Counted from the first letter of the stretch, positions 1-14,777 are shown. The stretch is DNA of 64,000 bases from Octopus vulgaris (GCA_951406725.2 OX597826.1:5208001-5272000); one strand, 5' to 3'. Notes: generated by a model from the letters alone, not told the origin. Made by a program: numbers and translations.

Positions 1-202
1 GAATAGTTTGACTTCAACATAACTATTTACGCTAACAGCCAACATTCAGTTTACAACTCTAGATCGAAATAAAGGGGTATACTAGGCTGCGACAGAACAA
101 AAATAGGGGACATGATAAGTATCGAAAGAAGTGTGTATCTAGCATGCATATCATAACGAGAAAGTAAAAAATAATAATAATAATAAATAGAAGGAATAAA
201 TA

Positions 203-317
203 GGCGCTTTCCAACCACATGGTTCCGGGTTCAATCCCATTGCCTAACACCTTGGGCAAGTGCTGACCAAAGCCTTTTGAGTGGATTTGGTAGACGGAAA
301 CTGGAAGAGGCCCGTCG

Positions 318-415
<98 letters not shown>

Positions 416-429
416 ACTATCTATCTATC

Positions 430-505
<76 letters not shown>

Positions 506-757
506 CGTGTGCGTGTGTGTGTGTGTGTGCGTGTGTGTGTGTGTGTGTCTGTGTTTGTTCACCCACATCGCTTGACAACCGATGCTGGTGTGTTTACGTA
601 CCCGTAACGTAGCGGTTCGGCAATAGAGAACGATAGAATAAGTCCTGGGGTCTTACAAAGAATAAGTCCTGGGGTCGAATTTCTCAACTAAATGTGGTGC
701 TCCAGCACGGCCACAGTCAAGTAACTGAAACAAATAAAAGAGTAAAAGAGTAAAAAG
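203..757 (+). mobile_element. SINE family A (tRNA-derived head, CORE-like accttgggcaagt, internal microsatellite, (gagtaaaa)n-like tail)
   Basis: Contains B-box-like ggttcaatccc and caccttgggcaagt. A (TATC)n(TA)n(TG)n tract is followed by a 3' body shared with copies at 28441, 40121, 45027, 47391, 53415 and 60037. Confidence 0.85.
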
Positions 758-1130
758 AAGAAATGACGTAGAAACAATTTGAAGGATTTTAAGTACCAAC
801 TTCTTCAAATATTTAGTTTCATGAATCTTTAGAGCTCTGTCTCTCTTTTAGAATTAGTCTGGAAACTCAGAGGAACAAGAATGCAATCACTATCCAGAAT
901 TGAATAATTTCGATAGAACTAGTCATAGATCCGCATATTCCAGAATTACAAACGTTGTGTCCACTTATTTAAGCAGCTTCGCATCCAGCTGTATCACTTC
1001 AAAGCTGTCAGAGGTAAAACTCATTATCAGAATTTTTTTCTAGATACTTGGCATCATCTTTCAGATGGCTTTTTGTCACCTTCAAATTATCTACAAGAAA
1101 TCTCTGATTAAGGCAGTTGAATATGTTTAC

Positions 1131-1362
1131 GCATACATACATACATACATACATACATACATACATACATACATACATACACATGCATGCATGCATACAT
1201 ACATACATACATACATACGTACATACATACATACGTACGTACGTACATATATATATACATATATATGTATATATATATATATATATATATACATACATAC
1301 ATTCGTACGTAGTACGTACATACATACATTCGTACGTAGTACGTACATACATACATACATAC
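1131..1362. repeat. compound (CATA)n/(TA)n microsatellite with a 27-bp tandem duplication
   Basis: Direct reading; acatacatacattcgtacgtagtacgt occurs twice in tandem. Confidence 0.9.
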
Positions 1363-2308
1363 CTGAAAATGATTATGGATGTACACTTGTGCCTGAGTAT
1401 GATGTCGCTACACACGAGTCAGTTTCACCTGGTATCGCAGCCCCGGCTGTCCATACTCACCACCCAGCCCTCCTACTCGATCAGGCATTAGAAAGTGATC
1501 TCGCTGCAATTACACAACCTAAAGTTTTAAGCCCAAAATGTACACACAACAACTAACCATTTTGACATAATCCAGAGACAAGTAGAGCAATATATCCCGT
1601 GCCAATATAGGTCGCAGACTCAAGAAGATGGTTGTGCCCTGATCTGAAGTACATGCCAAAGATTCCCAACACGTTCAATGCCATTTGCAGCATATCCAGT
1701 TTCACATCAGAGTGACCTACTCCCAGTGACATTCTTTAGAAAAACCTAAGCGGTGTCTCACAAAAACTAAATCTCGGACACAGAAACTAAATTTCCGACG
1801 GCCTATGCTGTTACTATATAGTCGTTGACCTGACACTAGGTTTATCCACCATTTTGAGAGATCCTGAGTTTAGTCCTGTTTGGTGTCTACCAGGTTAGGT
1901 TAGTGGGAGTGCTGGTTTAGCCGACCCCGCCATGCAGCAGGCTGTACTGCATTCCATGTTACCAGTAGCACCGAGAGACCTTAAAAGTCGCCTGTCAATA
2001 CATACGCCCGATGAAGTGATAGGTGCATCATCTGTATGTAGGATGAGTTTTAAGGTTATGTAGACGGCTAAAATCCAAGTTCACTGGTATTTATTTATAG
2101 CCATATGATTTAATATACTTCTGTGAAAGTAGAAAAAGATTGATCTCGACGTGATTCGGACTCAGAGCGCAGTGAACTGGAAAGGATAGAAAATTTGCTA
2201 TCCTAATGATGCTGTTAACTTTCACCAATCTACTTATGTATGCATCTACTTAATTCTGTATGTATGGATATTATACACCCACACATACGCTAGCCGCTCA
2301 CACATCTG

Positions 2309-2580
<272 letters not shown>

Positions 2581-3961
2581 TGGGGTGAGGGTGAGGGTGG
2601 GTGTGTGTACGTGCGCGCTAGGAAATGCAATACTTATTTCTCGTTCAAAATACATTAATCACATACGCCATGAATATACATATATAAACGTTATCATACC
2701 AGCCGTGTTACGTCAGCGTTTTTAACCTTTTTGCTACGCACAATAACCATATTCTCACTATGGTTCTTCTTCGTCTTTAACTGACCATTTTCAGGCGCTG
2801 TAGGCCAGACTATAATATTGACTGACTGCCGAGCTATATCTAATTATATAAACATGGAAATATCGAAACGATTGTCCTGTCAAATCTGGACGTCGCCACC
2901 GTTATGAAACCAATCAGTAAATAGTATTTTATATGTAAATATTAATATATGGATTAGTTAGACACACTAGTGTCAATTGCTTTGTACTTTGGGATATAGA
3001 AGTAATATAAAAACGAACAGCTATTCTTTTGTTTGCTCTGTTTGAGCAAACACTTAGGAAACGTGATGTCCAAACTACTGCAGATGAAAAGAAATTTTGC
3101 GTGAAACACTGTGAAACCTAATCCACAAACAAGCTGATAACACGAAATTGTTAATTCTAATTGATTTGTATAAAGTTGTTTGAGTTTTTGCTTTTGTGTT
3201 GGTAGCTTTTTTTACATTGATTCCTGGATAAATAAATGCTTATATTTCATATGTATTACAAGTGGTGTGCGAAGAAACGTTCTAGAATGCAGTAAGTCTA
3301 CATAAAAACTTTTATGTTCATAGTTCAAATCACACTGATTTTTTTTTCTACTATGTCTCTGTCGATTATTTAAAAAGTATTAAAGTATTAAAAGATATAT
3401 ATGCATGTATATGTGTATGCATTCATGTACATATGTATGTATATACGTATGTATGTATATACGTATATATATATATATATATATATACTTCTATATGTTT
3501 ATGTATGCCACTGTATTTGTGTTGTTTGAATATTTATATTCATATACATACATAGTGCGAACGATTCATTTGTCTCCACACCACCACCAGCACCACCACC
3601 AAATCCACCACCACCACCACCACCACCAGCACCAACACCACCACCACCACCACCTCCACCACCAACACTAACAACAACAACAGCAACAACAACGACTTCT
3701 TCCGAATCAAAGGCCAAGCATCTCCTTGGCTGTTCAGTCTGTATGAAACCGTATGCAAATCACCCAAGGATCTTCTTAAAAACCTGTATTGTTGCAGCTA
3801 GAACGTTTTTTTTTTATTTAATTGACAAATAGTTTCTTCCATATCTATTTTCCGGGAACGAAGAACAATAAATGCAAAATATAGATGCCAAGAAACTGTC
3901 CGTTCGAACAAGTTGATGAAGATGAGTTTTATCATCAGCATCATCATCATCATCATCATCA

Positions 3962-4005
<44 letters not shown>

Positions 4006-4557
4006 GATTGAGAGAGCAGTGCATGCCATCAAAGTGACATTGGGGTAAAATATACGAAGCCAAATATACCCATCATGACTACCCGTCTGATAAAGGTACA
4101 CCAGGCACATGCATCACAACCATATGTGCGCGACATGGTGATCTCATATCAAGATAAACAGCACATGACCTTGCAGGTGGGGCCCAGTTAGAATTTTCTT
4201 CAGGTTGAGTAGCCCATCCCGCTCAAAAGGTCCCTGAATAAGGGTTGTTTAAGGATGTTGAAAGAACCACCCATGTTTCCAGAGGTGAATTATTCAAACC
4301 CCAAAGAATCCCTCTCAACACATGGCTATGATGCTCCCCCACTACTTCTGCTCGTGATCAGAGATGCACATATCGTCAGCCACTAAGGGATATGCTCAAC
4401 TGGTTAAAGTCAAACAACTGACAAGCAAATCTGTGGTATTGAGCAGAATATTTGCTGTAGCCCATCTTTTATACCAAGACAAAACAATGTACATGATAAC
4501 ACTTCCAATCAGTTAAGATCAGAAGCCATGAGAGCCACTGCCTGGTACTGCATCAGG
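4006..4557 (-). mobile_element. ~550-bp non-coding retroposon-like repeat inserted in an (AAT)n tract
   Basis: A near full-length second copy lies at 14218-14715 and an end fragment at 30069-30140. All abut (ATT)n. Strand is inferred from the truncation pattern. Confidence 0.75.
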
Positions 4558-4561
4558 TTAC

Positions 4562-4642
<81 letters not shown>

Positions 4643-4646
4643 GTGA

Positions 4647-4838
4647 AGGCGGCGAGCTAACAGATTCGTTAGCAAGTAAGACAAAATGCTTAAGCGGCCC
4701 TCTTTATATTCTGAGGTCGACTTAACCGTTCATCCTTTCGGGGGCGATAAAATAAGCACCGGTTGGCCACTGGGGTCAATGTAATCGACCTATCTTCTCT
4801 CCTGAAATTGTTGGCCTTGTGCCAAATGTTGAAAGCAT
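4647..4838 (+). mobile_element. SINE family B (ggcggcgagct head; ttcatcctttcggggtcgataaa...agtaccag central domain)
   Basis: Matches copies at 30141, 30350, 34785 and 61150/61539, and degenerate copies near 5130, 25270, 23480(-) and 28225(-). Confidence 0.75.
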
Positions 4839-7260
4839 TGTTATGTAAAAGTGCGGATTTTTGCTAAAAAGGTTCAATTTTAAGAAATTTTGTCTTTTTA
4901 GTTCCAATTTGTATTTCCTGAGCAAAAATGTATACCGTGGTCAAATTTGCCTCTCAATCTTCTTGGGTCGATAATACAGAGTACTAGAATCAATAAAATA
5001 AAAAGTACCGATCAAACAGAGGGGTCGATGGTATCCATTGGCCATTTTAACTCAGGAGGGATGAACATGGGCTTAACTAGAAGCTATGAAAATTATAAAT
5101 ACTCTTAGATAAATGAAAGGGCAGGGATTTGGCACAACCGTTAGATCGTCGGAAAAAGTAACCCGTGATATTTCTCTGGCGCTTAACTTTCTGAGTTCAA
5201 TTTCCGCTGTGTTCAACTTCGTTTTCCATCCCATCAGGGTTTAACAGCATAAAGTATCAGTAAAGTAGGGGGCGGGGTCGATGATGTGAAGCTCTGTGCC
5301 TATATTAAAAACTATTATTTTGTTAATGAGATGGCAAGAGTTAGTTTGCTTCTAAAAATCTAATTAAGCTATTATTTCATATTTGATACAGGTATAATAT
5401 ATTTAGTTATGTTAAGTCTTCCGATCAACCAGGAAAGCGAATTGGTGTTTTTCCCTGAAACAGTATGTATACTGAGCGATAAATTCCCTGAAGGCGGTGG
5501 CTGTATGATCTCTACATTTTTTCCTTATTACCGAATACATTACTGTTTAAACTTGATAATGCGTTAGTGAGTGAAATTTAGCCATATTACACAGCAGGTT
5601 AAGCAACAAGCAATTAGTAAGAGGCCCTCTCTTGAATAAATAAATAGATATATAAACGCGCGTATGTATTGAATCCTATTTTGTATTAAATCTAACTTTG
5701 ATTCAGCATATTTTTCTCTTCCAGTTTTCTATAATTGTTTATGGTATTTTTATACCTATAACGATATTTTTCAACTACTATTTTGATATTCTTATAACTT
5801 GTTCTGGCTGTTTTTTTTTATGAATATGAGAAATCTTTATAAGAAATCATTCTTTCTCTCTTTTTGGAACTTTCAAAAAGTTTGAATTGTTCTCTTTTGA
5901 ACCTATTTTCCCCCATTTATGTAAATATGTATACATATAGACGTGTGTGCCTGTGATGTGGCTTTCAATCATAATATTAATGTAATAGAATAGATATCAG
6001 GCTTTAAAAAAACCAATAGGAGCCTATTTAAACTAGTTTATATGGATTGTGCGGATGTTTGAGAAGTGTGTGTACCTTAAGATATCGATGGGTTCATTTT
6101 TCAGATATCCCAGTTTTTGTGAGTGAATGGTGTGTAGAGAGCAAAGAGGCTGTTAAGCAATGTAATAATAACAACAAGAACACCACCACCACCACCACCA
6201 CCACCACCACCACCACCACTACCACCACCGATAACAACAACAAAACTACAAGAACAATGACAATAACAAGAGCAACAACAACCACAAAAACAACTGCATG
6301 ACCGTGTAATAGCAACGTTGCGAGATGGTTCGGTAGCTTACCTCACAGAGTTTTATAAACCTCACAACATGTAGAGCTTAAAGAGGCGTGATTTCCACTA
6401 GAGTCACTTGCTATTTTTACACTTCATAAACGCCAACTGTTTACGCGTGCATCAACTAGATCAACAACATAAGCGTCCACATATACGAGCGCACACAATT
6501 TTATTCATATATTTGTTAATGTATGTATGCTTGGATGTGTTTCTTACTCATTGTTGTCCTGTCTCCTCCCCAGTTTATATACGCTGTGCAAATTTTTGCC
6601 AGTTCGTACGTCTGTGACTGTTATCTCCTAGAAATTCATATTATATTCACCTTAAACAGACACTAACAGCAGAAAGAATTATTCATACACATCTCTGTGA
6701 AATAATCCATAACAATATAACAGTATATTTTTTAATTTTAAATCATTTTTTATTTTATTTTAAATCATTTTTTAAATTTTATTTTTATTGTAAGTCATTT
6801 TTCGGAGAGACTTTTGCTAAAAACTTGAAATTATTTGCGATGTATGACCAACAAATTGTATATCAGCAAGGTTTAATATTACGCCTCATAATTACAGTTC
6901 ATTCCAGATTATATTACTTGAACTTCTAATTGATATATGTAATATTTTCTAAACAAAACAAAGATTAGCTTACATTATTAAATTTCCATAATTTATTAGA
7001 TAGCACGGGTTCAATTTTTTGCTCATAATGTATCTTTTAACTTTTATCATTTTTTTCTTTTGTTTCACTTATCAGAGTCCACGTTGAAGGGTCTTGTCGA
7101 GCCAATGGACTACAATAAGACTGGTACTTATTTTATCTGTCTCTTGCGACAAACCGCTAGATTACGATGGGTCGAAAACACATCAACGCATATAGTCAAG
7201 CTGTGGTGGGTTACAAACAACACAAATACAGAATACAGTGGCATACATAAACATATAGAA

Positions 7261-7339
<79 letters not shown>

Positions 7340-7391
7340 TTCAGATTAATATGGTACTTAAGTTGAGGCAACAAGGATACCCAGAGGTAAT

Positions 7392-7478
7392 GTAGTACGA
7401 TCGTTTCATGCAACTCCATTTAATTGAACAATGCAATCATTACATCCATTTAAAATGCAGAGCTATCTTCAGCTGACC
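7392..7478 (-). ncRNA. hammerhead-ribozyme-like motif with long stem II insert
   Basis: Minus strand reads CTGAAGA ... GAAA CGATCG TA ctac, with a palindromic helix III region. Confidence 0.5.
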
Positions 7479-8387
7479 AAAGACATAGAATTTAATTAAA
7501 TTAGAACAGATGGACACATTAGTATAATTATACCTAAATTCTCCAAGAAAGTAAGGAGATAGACAAAGAACATGCTGTCTCACTCCAGTTAAGAAGTTAC
7601 TGATTTTTCCAAGAAGCTATATATTGTTACAGACTCTTCCTCTCACTGGTTTTATTTTGTTTTTTTATGGAGTGAGTTTTAATTTATATATATATTTATA
7701 TGTGGTAGTTGTCTACTCCTTACGCAGAGATTGACCATCTCCTGTACCTACACCTTAGAACCGTCATGATATCTTATGTGGCTTTTTAAACCAGACAATA
7801 TTCTGTAAAGACAGCCACATAGATTGCATATACAATTTAGACCACCACAAAAAAACACATTTATATAATAAAAAATCCAGGTAGATATCAGTAAAATCCT
7901 GAATGTTAACCAAACATAGGTGACTATATCCAATAATCAGGTACCAATAAGTGCAATAGAATAAACATCCAAGATAATCTCTAGTGTATGACAAGTTAAT
8001 CCAAATATCGTTTAGAAGAATTTCAAGAAATTCCATGTAAAAGACATCAGAAATAACAATGGAAAAAGGTCTCATATTTAATTGGTAGTTGCATCATTCA
8101 ATACTGACGATCGTTTCAGAAAATATCAGTTAAATCAGTATATCTGAAAATATAAGTCGACACACCAGAAACGATCGTTGGTATTGTATAGCATTATCAC
8201 CAATTAAAGATGTGGTTATCTGCATCACCATTATATATATATTATAACGGAGATGTACTTGCATAGCGAGTGACTTGATCTGGGATCGTGTGCTGGAACG
8301 AAAACAATTGCAACGTGGAAAGTGTTTATAAGCCATTTAAGAAACACACAAAACCGTTAGATTCACTTCAACATTTAAATTTTAATT

Positions 8388-8434
8388 TGTCAAAATATTT
8401 TCGTCGCTTTGAGACCGCGACCTGTTCACTGATA
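8388..8434 (-). ncRNA. minimal type-I hammerhead-like motif, G3:C8 core variant
   Basis: Minus strand reads tatca GTGAACA G GTCGC ggtctcaaa GCGAC GAAA ATAT TT tgaca. Confidence 0.55.
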
Positions 8435-8443
8435 TATTATATA

Positions 8444-8818
8444 CTAGCAGTATCGCCCGGCGTTGCTCAGGTTTGTAAGGGAAATAACTATAAAGCATTT
8501 TTAGAGAGTTATAGCCAAAAAATAGCAAAAAAATGGAAAAAAATTATGGTAAATTTTTTTTTTAGTTAAAAAAGGTGGAGTTGCGTCCCCTAGACAGTTT
8601 GTGTTTCTGATTCTGGACCCCATGTCGAATTTATCTATTTTTTTCAGAACTGGGGGAACTTTTCAAAATTTTCGCTGCGTTAGTTTTGAATTATGACATT
8701 GGGCTATGTGTGTATCAAGTTTCATCAGAATCGGTTGAAAGCCGTGGTCAGGGTGAAGGTACAAGCAAACAGACACACAGAAACACGCACAGACAAACTG
8801 CCGTTTATATAGAGAGAG

Positions 8819-8819
<1 letters not shown>
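8444..8819 (-). mobile_element. non-autonomous Helitron
   Basis: Minus strand starts TC(TCTCTCTATATAAAC) and ends with a GC-rich hairpin then CTAG. It is inserted between A and T. Termini are shared with 59605-59998. Confidence 0.75.
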
Positions 8820-8854
<35 letters not shown>

Positions 8855-9384
8855 CAAGCTTCCCACCGTTTTCATCTACAAAATTAATTCACAAGTCTTT
8901 GGTTGGTTCGTGGCTATAGGAGAAGACACTTGATGTAGGTGCTATGCAAGGGAACCGAATTAATGGAAGTTATATTTCCAAACAATTAACATGAACTCAT
9001 ACTGCTGTTATTCTAAAGGCAGAGAGGATAAGTATATCGCTGCCTTATGCCTGGAAACGTACATGCAGTCTGGTCTTCCCTCTCGGAGAACTTCAGAAAA
9101 CAATTTCACTCTTCACATATTATAAGAGTTTTGAGTGCATCTGGCAGCACAAACGTCAGTGATCTTGCATATGTACTGGTTGATTGCAGCAGTCATTATT
9201 TTAATCTACTTCATCGATTCATGCAAGATCACTTCATATTCATGTGTTAACGAATAACTTTCTAACCTATAGCACATCATTTGTTTGATTTTATGAATCA
9301 GTTATATATTGATGAATACATTTCCCTTAGCGTTTGTTATATTTAATCATACACTACTATGCACATGATCCCAATCATGATTAA

Positions 9385-9983
9385 CCCTTCGTTAGTCATG
9401 GTTAGTCACATGGGGTCTTTACACACACCCATAGAAACATGTTTATAGTTTTAGTATTATGCAAAATATACTGATTCTGTTGGTTCAGGATATATCTAGA
9501 ATCACTGCTGGGAAGCTTGAAACCCTTGTAGCTGAATGGTATTAATATAAAACATTAGAATAAAATAAATTATAAAATTAAGGAACCGCTAAAAATAAAT
9601 TTGAGATTCAGATCATTTATTTTGAAAACACTCACAGAATACACTATTTTGTGAAACTTTTTAATATCTATGATGAATATTGACATTAAAAAATGTTACA
9701 TAGCAGGCGATCTGCGCTACAATATGTACTAAATCAAAACTTGAAATAAAGATATAATTATTCATTGAAAGGAAACCTGCGTTAGTCACACGGGGTGACT
9801 AGACCAAACCGACGTTCTACCTCCCAGGACATCTGAGCCACGACTGAGTCATACCACCTGCAATATACCCTTACTCAGTCACAGGAATACAGGAAGGGAG
9901 CGAAAAAAAAAGTTGCCAACTCGAAATTATGAGCATTTAGAAAACTTTGAACTGACCGCACACCTCAGGTGATTAACGAAGTG
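9385..9983. mobile_element. piggyBac-like MITE
   Basis: TTAA flanks both ends (9381-9384, 9984-9987). Terminal inverted repeats cccttcgttagtca / tgattaacgaagtg match 12/14. No ORF. Confidence 0.55.
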
Positions 9984-11483
9984 TTAATCGCCCTCTGAGA
10001 GTCGTCGTCTTGTTGCGGTGAGAGAGTTAGTTGTAAAGACTTCACTAGCATTGTTGTCAGGTGTTTCTAAACCCAAATAAGACTACCGATTGCAGAACTG
10101 CAGCATTTAGACCTTGTCTGAATTCGATATTAACTAAAATATTTGTAGTAATGTAATGTTTTCCCAATATTATTCAAACTTCTAATTAGTATCAATGTTG
10201 TCTTCTTGATAAAAATTAAATTAATCAAAACGATGGAAGATGGTATCGCCACTCCTTGATATTAAGCTCAAACTGACAAACTGACATATACATAATTCTT
10301 GTGGGCATATAATGACATCCCCTCAATTCAACGAAACCATATAAAAAACGTCTACCTCATTCTTTCTAAACCCAATTACCACTAACTGTGGTGGGCTGGA
10401 GCAAGATTAAATTCTCAATCCATGCATAAAAAATCCATGGAAATGTTTTAACGAAGCGAAACCCAATCTGTCGCATCACACATCTTAACGAAAGTTAACC
10501 TGCAGCAATCATTCCATGTGAAATCTTTGAGCGTGGGGCTTCGAAGGATAGTGTATTTTTTATGGGGAACGAACAGTGTGAAGAAAGAAGCGTTTAATAC
10601 TGTAAAGAAAGGAAACAAAGGCAAATAAAGGTACGTGTCCCTTATCTTGGTGATTTCAGTGATGCTAGTTTGGTGCTCGTTTTTACTGGGTGAAAATTGG
10701 GGCATTTTTGCCAAGGATCGACTAATGCATTTTCAGCCAAATTTGGTTGCCGAAACTGTACAGAAATCTAACTCGTACGCCTATATACGTACGTGTATGC
10801 GTGCGTACGCGCTCGTATGTATGTGCGTCTGTGAGAGAGATAGATAGAAAGAGAGAGAGGAAGGGAGAGAGAGAGAGGGAGGAAGGAAGAAAGAGACATA
10901 GATTGAGACTGAGTCTGTGTCAGTGTTTATATTTATGTCTCGTAAATTCGTGGTTTCACAATCCGGCATCGTTAAATCTGCTGCCGGGCTTAGAAGTTGT
11001 TACTGGCATCGATACGATCAAACCAAAACCTTGAAAAGTACGGCTGCTGTATAACGACTGAAACCAATGAAAAATAAATAAATAAATGAACATCAAAAAT
11101 CTGGCGATTAGATATTTTGTCAAAGAATGCATGCAGCAGATTTGAATTAACATTGCAAAAGTTTGTACAAGAATTCACGATCTACAGAACGTTTTTCAAT
11201 AAAATATGAACTTATGATACTAACTTTGTCTTTTCTCATATCTACGATTCTTTTCATCCAATGTTTCTATTCATTTATATATCTTCATGGTATTATTTCT
11301 TTCGTTATTATTAATACGGAACTTCAGCAATTATATTTACTTTTCCATGTGTCACTTTTACAGTTGCCAACATCATTGCGTATTTACGCATTGTACATCT
11401 CGATTCGATGCAGTGCTTATCTGATATAGACATAAAACAGCGCAAAATGGAGGATAGCAAAAAAAACAAAGCATGCACGGCAT

Positions 11484-11554
<71 letters not shown>

Positions 11555-11869
11555 CATACAAATGTATGAAGAGAGAGTAATTTTATATTACTGAATGTTT
11601 TATATTGCTCCAGGCTACGCACTATCCTTTGGACAGATTCTCTGTTTTATGTATTCCGTTTCGTATCTTTATGTTTTACTCTATATTTTATCATTACGTT
11701 GTCTCTGTTTCTCTCTCTTTCTCTCCTATTTCCCCCCTCCATCTTGTTTCCTTAGATGATTTTCGCTTTATATCACATTGACGACAGTTCGAAGCCAATA
11801 AACACAGCAATATTCTACGCGCAGATATATAGGACCATATAAGAATAGACACGTACACTTATACACACG

Positions 11870-11871
11870 CC

Positions 11872-11902
<31 letters not shown>

Positions 11903-12282
11903 GTATGTATAGATATATATGGATATCTATATATATATCTACAAATATATATATATATACGTATGTATGTATATATACGTGTATATATGTACATATATGC
12001 ATGCTTGTGTGTATATATTGCAAATGTTATATGAAAAGCGCCAAAAAAAGAACGAAGATAATAGAAGGGGAGCAAGTTTTAGCAAATATGTATGCATGTG
12101 CATAGATGTATATGTAATGTGCACATATGCGTATATAAATGTGTATGCATAGATATATAACAATCATAGATACTAATATATGTTTGTGAATATATCTAGG
12201 CAGGCAGTCAAACACAAGAATATATGTACATGTACAAAAACGTGCATATATGTACGAGCCCAAACACATACACACACTAAGG

Positions 12283-12351
<69 letters not shown>

Positions 12352-12415
12352 CATATGTATATATATATGCATATATATATGTATATATATATGCATATAT
12401 ATATGTATATATATG

Positions 12416-12447
<32 letters not shown>

Positions 12448-12685
12448 CATGTGTGTCTATGTATACATATATATATGTGTGTGTAAATACATGTATACAT
12501 GCATATGTATAAATGTCCATATACATGTATATATATATGTATATATGATGTATTTATATATATAGATATACATATATTTAGATAAATATGTTTGTATTCG
12601 CATGTATGTATATATATATATATATATTTATATATACATATATATTTACACACACAAACACACACACACACACACACACATATAT

Positions 12686-12719
<34 letters not shown>

Positions 12720-13175
12720 GAAGAAAAACCTACGTGCATATGTACATAGCGATGGCTGGAATATATGTGAAAGCTAGAAGTGATCTGCTCCTGTTTGTAC
12801 GCAATTGCCTCACTGCGTTCCTACGATCTATACACCCTTCCTATCGAGCAATCATGCAGCAGAATATATATTCTTGTATACTCGCAATATTCGTTTCACG
12901 AATAGATTATGCTGTATTCTGTTTTACCTCCTCTACTTCTGTCACCTATTTCTCTACCCTGGGGATATACCAAGAGTAAATATTAAATAATGCAGCTCGA
13001 TCGATGCCCGTCTAAGTAGACGTTTTTATGAAGAAAAGAACTTTGTATTTTTGTGCGTGTGTACAGTACATATATATGTGTGTGTGTGCATGGGCTTTGG
13101 GTGGTCGGTTGTGTGAATGTGTATGTGTATGTGTGTGTGTGTGTCTACGTGCCTCCTTATCTACATATTTGTCCG

Positions 13176-13234
<59 letters not shown>

Positions 13235-13499
13235 GTATATATATATATACATACACATACACACACATAAACACATATATTTGTATACGTATATGTATAA
13301 GTATATATATATGAATACATATAGGCGTATATATATATAAGCATATATATATATATATGTATACATATATGTAAGCATATGTATATATATATATATAGGT
13401 ATATATATTAAATGTATATAAATATATAAATGAATTTATATACATATACGTACACACACTCACACTTTATATATACATGTGTGTACATATATATGAATA

Positions 13500-13588
<89 letters not shown>

Positions 13589-13615
13589 TGTGTGTGTGTT
13601 TGTTTTTATATACAT
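11870..13615. repeat. extended degenerate (TA)n/(TG)n/(CA)n microsatellite region
   Basis: Direct reading; source of many spurious YIYI ORFs. Confidence 0.9.
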
Positions 13616-14135
13616 TAGTGAATGATATTCCAATGTAGTCTTATTGTTCAAGTTCATGTCTCTAGCTTTTGCTTTCACAATTTTACAGTATTGCATATAT
13701 TAATAGTGCAAGTACTTTCATGTTTTTCACAATTTTCAGGTTTATATAGTGGTAATATTAACCTGTAGTTTTGCATTACACCTGATACATAATGAAACGA
13801 ATGAGTTTGTACTTTAAATACTTTCTGATAGCCTCTAACAGACTGAATCTTAAGGACAGTATTTTAAGTAATCAGCGTGAGGTAAAGATGTCACGATTTG
13901 ACTAGCGCGCAATGACATTTGACATTGACACCGTTTATTCAATCAATCATTTCAATTAATCTCTAACGAGTTCGGCTACATTAACATTTCAGAAACACCT
14001 GATACTATGAATAGTGTTACTACCTTAAATATTTAAAAATGAATGTAATATTACTGTTAGAATTCCTACAGTTTTTCATAAGAATATACACTTAAATTTA
14101 ATCAACATTTATATTATTATTATTACCACTATAAC

Positions 14136-14217
<82 letters not shown>

Positions 14218-14715
14218 GAGTGAGAGAGCAGTGACACTTGTGTACAGATATACAAATCCAATATAACCATCATGACTACCCGTCCGATAAGGGTATATCA
14301 GGTACAGGCATCACAGTCATGTGAATACGACAATTAACTGCGCATAGCCTTGCAGGTAGGACCCAGTTATAATTTTCTTCAGGATGAGTATCCCATCCCG
14401 CTCAAAGGTCTATGAATAAGGTTTGTTTAAAGATGATGTACAGAACATCCATGTAACCAATGATATTTCCTCTCAGCACATGACTATAATGCTCCTCCGC
14501 TAATTCTGCTCGTGATCAGCGAGGCACATATCGTCAGCCACTAAAAGACATGTTGAACTAGCTAAGGTCAAGCAAGTGTCAAGCAAATCTGTGGTATTGA
14601 AAAGAATATTTGCTGTAGCCCATCTTTTATACCAAATCAAGTTACATGATAACACTTCCAATCAGTTAAGATCAAAAGCGATGACAGTCACTGCTGAGTA
14701 TTGCATCAGGGAGTC
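14218..14715 (-). mobile_element. second, more diverged copy of the ~550-bp (AAT)n-inserted repeat
   Basis: Colinear with 4006-4557, has essentially the same termini and is flanked by (ATT)n. Confidence 0.75.

Positions 14716-14774
<59 letters not shown>

Positions 14775-14777
<3 letters not shown>

Noticed and set aside
780-1110. Possible hAT dimerisation-domain remnant on the minus strand (SCSSE..SRL)
   Set aside because: Needs several frameshifts; too degenerate to support.
4535-4557. Resemblance of cctgatgcagtaccagg to U2 snRNA stem-loop IV
   Set aside because: The match is too short and not conserved in the second copy.
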